Virus record (IMG/VR): IMGVR_UViG_3300037512_000871
Span: 1-64,000 of that record
Source of the DNA: a virus
Lineage: Duplodnaviria > Caudoviricetes
Reading direction: 5' to 3' (one strand)
DNA: 64,000 nucleotides
The notes beneath the pieces were generated by a model that worked only from the letters and a program-made list of their open reading frames with translations, did no database searches and was not told the DNA's origin. Positions 56,921-64,000 of the stretch are shown one piece after another; position 1 is the stretch's first letter, and every line of letters starts with the position of its first letter. The position numbers were made by a program, and so were the translations under genes.

Positions 56921-57034
56921 TCCATACCTCCTGCGATAGCTAAAAGTAAGGCAAAGCCTAATATCCCTGCCGCAATCAGGAAGATAAGCATGACGCAACA
57001 CCTTACCAGAAAGGCGGCATCTTCTTGTTCTTGA

Positions 57035-57454
57035 TTAGGCATGATTGTACTCTCCTATTTGTAGTATGTAGCCAAGCTCTTTGAAAGCACGTACAAAAGT
57101 GTGTGGTGTTACATTTCTACGTCTGCAACATCTACACGCAATAACGAACGCACTTCTGCCTGAGCGTTTATGGCGTTGTGTGTCTAAAAAGTTAAACAGC
57201 TCATCCGCATCGTTGGACACAAGTTCCATGTGGTTCGTCAGAATATTACGCACACCAAACACCAGACCCATGACTTTCATTTGTCTGCACAGGGTTCTAA
57301 TACGTGGGTGGTATCTCCTGTTCAAAATAGAATGAACTGTCCCTGTATTTGGAAGCCGAAGTCTGTGTATAGCATAGGCGTAATTCCTATGACAGTATTG
57401 CTTGTTGAACGTGTCATAGAACTTATCCATGATGTACTTACCAGCTTCTTCCAT
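57035..57454 (-). CDS. hypothetical protein
   Basis: ORF with RBS. Confidence 0.6.
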   Translation of the reverse strand: MEEAGKYIMDKFYDTFNKQYCHRNYAYAIHRLRLPNTGTVHSILNRRYHPRIRTLCRQMKVMGLVFGVRNILTNHMELVSNDADELFNFLDTQRHKRSGRSAFVIACRCCRRRNVTPHTFVRAFKELGYILQIGEYNHA

Positions 57455-57533
57455 ATCAGTACCTTATTTTCATGTCCATAGCGAAGAGGGTGAATAAAAT
57501 CATAATCAAAAGTATGTTTGTGAGATTAATCAT

Positions 57534-57845
57534 TTATCCCTCCGTCACGTTATCAGGGTCCTCTTCCATCGCTTCAAGGCAATCGTCAATACGCTGAATA
57601 AGGCGATACTCTTCTTCAATGCCTTCTTTGAGTTCTCTGAATTTCATATCAAGGAACTCAACCCAAGGATATTCCGTACCATCTTCGTTCTTAGCATAAA
57701 CAGGAGGCGTCATAGCCATATAACCAAGAATCTCGTTCCAGTACATGTTGATAAGAGCTTCGGATTGCTCTCGTTTACTGTGTAATTCATGCTTACCTAT
57801 CCGAGAAAGGTAGCCGTCAAATTTATAATAAGTACCCCAACCCAT
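57534..57845 (-). CDS. hypothetical protein
   Basis: Coupled ORF. Confidence 0.65.
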   Translation of the reverse strand: MGWGTYYKFDGYLSRIGKHELHSKREQSEALINMYWNEILGYMAMTPPVYAKNEDGTEYPWVEFLDMKFRELKEGIEEEYRLIQRIDDCLEAMEEDPDNVTEG

Positions 57846-58057
57846 TAGATTGTCTCCTCGTTTTCCTCACCGACTTCGAGAATAAGTTTGAGCATCTCGT
57901 TAGCCTGAGAAGCAAGTTTAACATACAAGAAAGCCTGATTGACAACCAAGTCTTTACCAGTTTCTTTCCAACGATACGTCATAGCTTCGATATTAGCAAG
58001 CGTATCACTAATATCGTCTACGTGTTTTTGGACTCGTGCAACAATGTTATCGCCCAT
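57845..58057 (-). CDS. hypothetical protein
   Basis: Coupled ORF. Confidence 0.6.
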   Translation of the reverse strand: MGDNIVARVQKHVDDISDTLANIEAMTYRWKETGKDLVVNQAFLYVKLASQANEMLKLILEVGEENEETI

Positions 58058-58058
58058 A

Positions 58059-58346
58059 TTAGATACAACCTCCGCAACACCCTTTAGGTATTTGGTCGTT
58101 CATGGCATCAATAACAGCCTCAGCCATTTCTACGGTTATACCTTTTGGGATATAGTTTTTGTTTAACATCCAATCACCTTCGATAGCATAGTAATTACCA
58201 TCGCTATCACAAGTTATGGACCCGCCTGATTCCCAGAAAGGCTCGAAGCGATAATGTGTGCCGTCAATATCACAATCAAGTGTACCGCGACACCAACACC
58301 ACATCGGACCCTCATAAGAAAGGTTCTCTACTCTGTGTTCTCCCAT
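58059..58346 (-). CDS. small phage protein with C-terminal GCCGGC
   Basis: First gene after promoter; AAGGAG RBS. Confidence 0.7.
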   Translation of the reverse strand: MGEHRVENLSYEGPMWCWCRGTLDCDIDGTHYRFEPFWESGGSITCDSDGNYYAIEGDWMLNKNYIPKGITVEMAEAVIDAMNDQIPKGCCGGCI

Positions 58347-58381
58347 ACCGTCTCCTTCGTTATGGTTTGTTATTTACAGAT

Positions 58382-58410
58382 AATATAGCACCTTTTTCTA
58401 TAAAAGTCAA
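58382..58410 (-). promoter_or_regulatory. sigma70-type promoter
   Basis: TTGACT-N17-TATATT with TG extension. Confidence 0.75.
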
Positions 58411-59006
58411 GCGGGAATCCAAAAAAATTTCAAAAAAATACGATAAAAGCTAAAATGCCGAACAAGACAAGCCCGAATACCACAGGAACAAAATCTTCAA
58501 TTAACATTTTTGCGCCCTTTCGTTTTATTTGTTTTATGTTTTTGCGGATAGAACATCTCACACTTACCGTTTTCGTCAGGCTTAAAGCCACACATGCTGA
58601 CAGGATATGGGTAGTCTTTCAACCTATCGGTATTACGACCGCATTTAGGACGCAGTGGACATTCCTTATTACCACAGAAAGTGATGTCATAATCCCAACT
58701 ATCGACAACCTCTTCAGTGATGCCGTACAAAGCACAAAGCAATTCAAAAATATCTTTCATTTTGTGTTTAACTCCTCTTCTGCTCTCTTGGCGATACGGT
58801 TGCACATATCACGCAAGGCAATCAGAGCATCGTGTTCAGTTGCGTAAAGTAATGACATTGGCATAAATACCGTACCAATCGCCTTGTTGATATAGACCTT
58901 TCCAATCGGGTCTACGTGTTTTGGATAGATGTCAGTAACCAAGACATGTTCAATAGTTAGGTTGGTTGTGCCAAATTTAATATCCGGCATAATCAACCAG
59001 TATGTT

Positions 59007-59624
59007 TTAGCCACCATACTCTTCCTCCATAGCTGCCTCAGAGAAATCCAAATCCTCATCTGGTTTGTCTGTTGTTCTCTTCGATAGCGGTTCAGTTATG
59101 TGTTGACGTTTTGGTTTTGTAAGTGTGAAGCAGGTGGGGAAGCATATCAACTCTTTTGCAAGTTTCATAAATCCCCTGCGTTGCTGTAAGCTGTTGAAGG
59201 CAGGTAGACGCTTATTCATCACAAGACAGCCGACCATAGTACCATGTTCGTTCTTGACACAAGCGGCACATGTACTGCAAATCTTGAAGTCTTTTTCGAT
59301 GGACCTGCGTCTCGGTTTCTTCACGCCCTCATTCATTTTGGCGTAACTCTCACCTTCCCACAGAGGCAAATCAGGTGTATACCATTGACCTTTGTGGTAT
59401 TTAACGACATTACGAGGTATCAGGTTTTGAACTTTATCGAGGTAGACCCAATAAAGCACCTTGTATTTATCGCAAAACTCATTCCACTCTTCATGGAAAT
59501 GCGTATTGCAAGTAACAATCTCGACCTCATACCAATAAGTCGATTCCCTGAAAAGCAAGATACGTTGACCACGATAGGGCATATGTCGTGGGTCGTTTAG
59601 CACTGAATAGTATTCCTTGTCCAT
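59007..59624 (-). CDS. hypothetical protein
   Basis: 205-aa ORF. Confidence 0.6.
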   Translation of the reverse strand: MDKEYYSVLNDPRHMPYRGQRILLFRESTYWYEVEIVTCNTHFHEEWNEFCDKYKVLYWVYLDKVQNLIPRNVVKYHKGQWYTPDLPLWEGESYAKMNEGVKKPRRRSIEKDFKICSTCAACVKNEHGTMVGCLVMNKRLPAFNSLQQRRGFMKLAKELICFPTCFTLTKPKRQHITEPLSKRTTDKPDEDLDFSEAAMEEEYGG

Positions 59625-59812
59625 TTGATGTTTGTTTTGTTTTTGATTTGGATTAAAAGGTGAATGTACCGACTTGCAACACAGTGCGGACTAATGCAAG
59701 CACCAAAACACAAGTCTTTACCGAACGGGCATTTAACGCATCTAGTTTCCGTAATGCGCTGTAACATAGAGTTTATCTTTCTCATAACTACTCCGATATG
59801 GTTGTATGGAAA

Positions 59813-60064
59813 CTACAGATTTTCTATAGTTCTGATACACATAGCCGCAGTGTGTGACAGCTCCTTGATGAGACACTCCTTGAGAAGTTTGCGTTCATCG
59901 TAAGTGGTTGCACTATCAATATCGTTTGCAACCTGTACTGCCTCACCTGCCTCTTCGGACATAATAGCAACCATCTTTACCACATCAGCAGGGAAAGTCT
60001 GGTGCTTATGCTTGGCAAGAGTAAGTTCGTTAAGAATGTTATCAACGATTTCGGTTTGTGTCAT
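59813..60064 (-). CDS. MazG-like NTP pyrophosphatase-fold protein
   Basis: SEEAGE...KEL...AA. Confidence 0.6.
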   Translation of the reverse strand: MTQTEIVDNILNELTLAKHKHQTFPADVVKMVAIMSEEAGEAVQVANDIDSATTYDERKLLKECLIKELSHTAAMCIRTIENL

Positions 60065-60596
60065 TTTGTCTCACCTCAGTAGTCTTCAATATCTTTTACT
60101 TCGTTATGTCCATGCAGTATTTCCCATCGTTTCTGTTTGTTAGCGAGAACAGCATGGATAATTGTGGTTAGGCATACAATCGTGGTAGTCCCGGTAAAAA
60201 GTCCGATGAAGGCTAATACGCCAAGAGTTTCGTTACTCATTTTTTTCTCCGTGTGGGTTTTGATTTATGGTTACGGCAGAAGTCCCCAGCATCTCCGAGT
60301 TTCTGTTTGTATAACTTACATTCGGTTTTACACAGCTTGGCTTCTGCAATTTTTGGATATTTGCATGGTCCAGTACAAAGAGAACATTCCCAAGTCATTT
60401 TGTCTCAGCTCCGTTCTTCAGCAGTCTTTTGAGTGTATCTGCATTTATAAGGTCACATCCCTCATATTCTGCATTTACGAACAGTGACACCCAACCTTTG
60501 CAACGAAGATATACAAGAGCCTCACCGTCTTGTACATCAATTCTCGCGTTATGCTTTTCAAACACGCTGATGAGGTCCTCTAAGAGTTGTTTCATT

Positions 60597-60887
60597 TCAG
60601 TTGTCATCTTTTACTCCAATCGTTTCGTAGAGTTCAGTTTTAAGTTCATAGATAGCGTCATCAATGATTTCTTTAAGACGCTCATCACGAGGACCAAACC
60701 ACTTCCTTTTGAAAGCACGAATGGTCTTATCGAGGGTATCTTTTCCAATATCGCAATCAATATACCACTCAACATCGTGAAGAACCTTAGCGAAATCAAC
60801 ACATAACGCACTGATTTCACGGTCTTGTATCTGCCGTGAAGCGTCCTCTACTTTATAATAGAGGTAGTCAAGAGAACCGCCGCTCAT
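60597..60887 (-). CDS. conserved phage hypothetical protein (MSGGSL.Y)
   Basis: AAGGAGA RBS; LHD.EW...D. Confidence 0.7.
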   Translation of the reverse strand: MSGGSLDYLYYKVEDASRQIQDREISALCVDFAKVLHDVEWYIDCDIGKDTLDKTIRAFKRKWFGPRDERLKEIIDDAIYELKTELYETIGVKDDN

Positions 60888-61053
60888 TTTTGTTTCTCCT
60901 TGAATTTGTTACAGTCAACGGAACAATCATACCAAAGCGGTTTGACGCCCCTCTTTTTAGCCAAGCAAAAGTGTGATTCGTGGATAGCCATAATCATACC
61001 ACCCTTGCAACGAAGATAGGCTTTTCTGATACACCAAGCGCAATCTTTACATT

Positions 61054-61329
61054 TCATTTCTTATCCTTTCGTTGTTTTTCGTGCCAAGATACGATACCCC
61101 AGACCGCCATACAGAACTGAACCACGTCAAGTGCCGCCCTGCTATGAAAGCCCAAAGATAAGTCAAAAATCAACCACAAGATGTTACCGAGACACCATGC
61201 GTAAAAACAAAGAATATTCATTTTTACGTTAAGTACAGTCCCGGCAAGACAAACTACGGTTGCGAATGTAGAAAACTCCTTCCAGAGAAACTCATCCGTA
61301 ACTAAAAATGTAGCGATACAAGGATTCAT
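61054..61329 (-). CDS. PnuC-like small membrane protein
   Basis: GTVLN...F..W..GN..W; three TM helices. Confidence 0.6.
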   Translation of the reverse strand: MNPCIATFLVTDEFLWKEFSTFATVVCLAGTVLNVKMNILCFYAWCLGNILWLIFDLSLGFHSRAALDVVQFCMAVWGIVSWHEKQRKDKK

Positions 61330-61796
61330 TTTTCATCCTCGCTTTCTTCCGTTGGTTTGTTTATACAGCGCAACTCTTCCTTTACCGCCTGAGCATAGGC
61401 ATCGACAATCTCCTCGGCTTTCACCATCATTTGCTTGTGAAGCTCGATTGGGTCACTCCCTGTAAAGGAAACAACTGAGCTTGAAATGTTATGATTACCG
61501 CCACGAGGATTCTGAAAGCTCTGCGTGATGGTTTCAGCAGACATAACAAGTTTGCCCCCGTCAGAGACATACAGGATGAAACCGCTTAATGGATAAGGGG
61601 CTGACTTGGCAAACATAGGTCTGTCATGCCATTGGTTTATGTAGAGCTTCCATCCGTTTGCGTCGAGCCATCTACACACAGTAGAATTTATAAATACACA
61701 ATGGATAGTCTTACCCTGCTCTGATTGGTTACGGAGATTGATTTCACCAGACTCCAATAAATAGCCTGTTTCCATATGTGGAATTGTTAAGAACAT
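61326..61796 (-). CDS. hypothetical protein
   Basis: GAGG RBS. Confidence 0.6.
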   Translation of the reverse strand: MFLTIPHMETGYLLESGEINLRNQSEQGKTIHCVFINSTVCRWLDANGWKLYINQWHDRPMFAKSAPYPLSGFILYVSDGGKLVMSAETITQSFQNPRGGNHNISSSVVSFTGSDPIELHKQMMVKAEEIVDAYAQAVKEELRCINKPTEESEDEK

Positions 61797-61929
61797 GGCT
61801 TCACCTCAATGGTTAATTCGGACTTCACTTCGGGACAGTCAGCCTCAATGTAAACGCCGTATTCCCTCATAAAGTCCTGCCATCTGTTGTACCAGTCTTC
61901 GTACATTTGAAGGTAATATTCTTCAGCGT

Positions 61930-62268
61930 TCATTCCCCATCCCTCACTTTCCGCAGGAGTTCTCGCGCTTCATGTTCAAAACACAACTTGCTGTCTTCAT
62001 ACGTGCAATCCTTAGAAAGTAACTGCTCACAATCTACAGGAGAACCACAATGGTCGTAAATGCAAACATTACAGCTTGAACAAATACAATGAAGAAGCGC
62101 ATCATACAGTTCCGGCAGACGGGCGAGGCGGTTTGACATTTCCTTGTTTCGTGTTAAGCAGACTGGTTGATTTTTTGAATCATAAATCATGATTTCTTTG
62201 TAGGATTCCCAATCTTGAAACGATTTTTGCCACGGCGCATCGAAAAGTTGTTGGGTATCTTTAGTCAT
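61930..62268 (-). CDS. hypothetical Cys-rich protein
   Basis: Coupled ORF. Confidence 0.6.
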   Translation of the reverse strand: MTKDTQQLFDAPWQKSFQDWESYKEIMIYDSKNQPVCLTRNKEMSNRLARLPELYDALLHCICSSCNVCIYDHCGSPVDCEQLLSKDCTYEDSKLCFEHEARELLRKVRDGE

Positions 62269-62866
62269 TGATAATCAGCTCCTTTGCGTAAGGAAGTGTT
62301 TCAATCCAACCGCAGAAACGATGCCATTCCTGAAGTTTGTGGTTCTTACGCTGTTTGTAGATAGTTCGTAACTGCATGTAATTGGTAACAACATGAGCCG
62401 TCAACTGCAAACCCATAGGACAGCAGGCAACAAACTCATCGTAAGTGATGTGACCGTTCTTATACTCACAAAGAGCATCGTGGAGGTTAGACCAATCAGC
62501 GTCACTTACATGTTCGGTTGCCACGTTACTTCCCATAAGCTGTTCAAGGCAGTGCATCTTAGACTGGCTTGAAACAATCTGGATGAAGTGATACCGTTCA
62601 AACTGCATCCACCATGTATTAGTTGCAGTCACATTGAACGACACCAAGATACCAGTGAGGAAGTTCTTATGCCCAGAACTATCATCACCAGCATTAACAA
62701 GACGGTGCGCCCTGTCTAATGCCAGCTTACCGACATTCAGTTCAGGGTTGTCGAAATCTTTTACTTGGCTGTCGAATACCTCAGCACAAAAATTGCATCT
62801 GAACGGAAATCCAGATGCAACCAAGGCTTCTTTTAGGTTGTAGACGTTTGTGTTGCTGACGTTCAT
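62261..62866 (-). CDS. ThyX-like (flavin-dependent thymidylate synthase-like) protein
   Basis: GH.NFL, WW.QFERY, SSQSKMH, TNY.QL..IY.QR..HKL.EW. Confidence 0.7.
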   Translation of the reverse strand: MNVSNTNVYNLKEALVASGFPFRCNFCAEVFDSQVKDFDNPELNVGKLALDRAHRLVNAGDDSSGHKNFLTGILVSFNVTATNTWWMQFERYHFIQIVSSQSKMHCLEQLMGSNVATEHVSDADWSNLHDALCEYKNGHITYDEFVACCPMGLQLTAHVVTNYMQLRTIYKQRKNHKLQEWHRFCGWIETLPYAKELIIND

Positions 62867-63282
62867 TTCTTTCGTCTCCTTCTCGGTTTGGTTATTAGTT
62901 TAAGTTCTTTGAGGAAATGGGTTGTCATCGCCCCAAGTAGATAACAATGTGTTTCTGCGTTACTGTCCTCTGCTTCAATACCACGAGGATGCAGAATATT
63001 TACCGTTGCATGTAGAAGTTCGTGTATAAGAGTTGATACATGCTCCGGTGTTTTATCAATCTTAGGCATGAAGATAACGTTACCGAACAAGCCTCCGTCA
63101 CAGTCACGTAAGTCCATAGTGATACCTTCCTTGTCCTTGCAGTCGTAAATCTTCTCTGTTTCTCTTTCATTCAGATGCAGATTCTCGACCATCCAATGAG
63201 CGCAGAAGGTAGGCGTTCCAGTGATAAGATAAACGTAAGACGTATACGTATCGTTATAATATTCGTAGACCTTGTTTGCCAT
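62863..63282 (-). CDS. HExxH metallopeptidase-like protein
   Basis: TLIHELLH...E..CYL. Confidence 0.6.
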   Translation of the reverse strand: MANKVYEYYNDTYTSYVYLITGTPTFCAHWMVENLHLNERETEKIYDCKDKEGITMDLRDCDGGLFGNVIFMPKIDKTPEHVSTLIHELLHATVNILHPRGIEAEDSNAETHCYLLGAMTTHFLKELKLITKPRRRRKK

Positions 63283-63291
63283 AATCACTCC

Positions 63292-63894
63292 TTATGGTTT
63301 TGGCAGTACGTTATAATAAGCTATGGAGGTATTCACGAACTTGATGTTTCTTCCGTCCGTTTTACACTTCATAAAGAACCAACCATCTTCACCTCTTCCT
63401 GTATGTCCGCCATGATATACGTGAAGTTCTCTCATGGTTTTGACTTTTGTTAGGAAGTTAGCCCAATCAATATGACCGACAGGATTAAAGGCGTTCATTA
63501 TGTCTGGGTTGCCAAGATGAGGCAGGTTGAATATCTTAAAGACAATCATATCCTGACCTTCGCACTCATCAGCAATCGTCAGGAAACCACGATAAAGCAA
63601 GTTATCATCGTCAAGAATATACACATAGTCGTTATCAGAACCCACGTATTGTATAACTCTGTCAATCCACGATGAAAGCCACTCGTCATTCTCTTTCTTA
63701 TCAGTAGCGTAAAAGACCGTAGTGTGTTCGTCATTAAATTGTGTAAACTCCGTGTAAGGTGTTCCAAAAGAAAGGTCAACGATAAGCGCATGAGTGTAGG
63801 TGTGGTGTGAATCCTTGAAGGCATATGTAATACTGTCCTTGACCTTTTGAATGTTGATCGGTTTATAGCACCGAGTTATAAAGACAAAGTTCAT
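63292..63894 (-). CDS. GT2-like (GT-A) glycosyltransferase
   Basis: FITRC, LIVD, YILDDDN, HID, EDG. Confidence 0.7.
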   Translation of the reverse strand: MNFVFITRCYKPINIQKVKDSITYAFKDSHHTYTHALIVDLSFGTPYTEFTQFNDEHTTVFYATDKKENDEWLSSWIDRVIQYVGSDNDYVYILDDDNLLYRGFLTIADECEGQDMIVFKIFNLPHLGNPDIMNAFNPVGHIDWANFLTKVKTMRELHVYHGGHTGRGEDGWFFMKCKTDGRNIKFVNTSIAYYNVLPKP

Positions 63895-64000
63895 GCTTAC
63901 CTCTTCAGTTTATTATAGTAAGCAAGTTCACGGTCTACGAATTTAACGGAACACTTCTCAACCCAAACAGCATTGTTGAAGAAGTTACCGTCAATCTCAG

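Overview
The window is part of a tailed dsDNA phage genome (siphovirus-like, no integrase seen). It is probably incomplete, since ORFs run off both ends. The + strand (9.7-35.2 kb) carries the late operon: terminase, portal, scaffold, capsid, head-tail and tail genes, a tail-chaperone -1 frameshift, tape measure, tail fibre and a putative lysis/accessory block. The - strand carries early genes (1-7.1 kb, including two Zn-finger amidoligases and a GGCT), a stand-alone PolA-fold protein (8.0-9.2 kb), and a large replication/recombination module at 35.2-55.4 kb (split Rad50/Mre11, RusA, 5'-3' exonuclease, gp32-like SSB, ATP ligase, clamp loader, split UDG-exo/PolA, beta-clamp, helicase, loader, primase). 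Two tRNAs, an adenine methyltransferase, a ThyX-like gene and many small unknowns follow. Four things stand out. (1) A possible virion-glycosylation system: a TibC/Aah-type protein O-heptosyltransferase and two GT-A-like genes, with a capsid ending GSGSGSGS and a tail tube ending YSGSY. (2) A highly organised 3.9-7.8 kb region, probably the genome end. It has rRNA-like boxB/boxA leaders, a gene enclosed by a perfect 29-bp inverted repeat, a ~650-nt structured untranslated RNA and a dense array of operator-like palindromes. (3) A WATGTTRC box exactly 8 nt upstream of the -35 in four promoters. (4) Two PolA-fold proteins together with a DnaN/DnaX-type clamp system. All protein calls are motif-based by eye; no searches were run.
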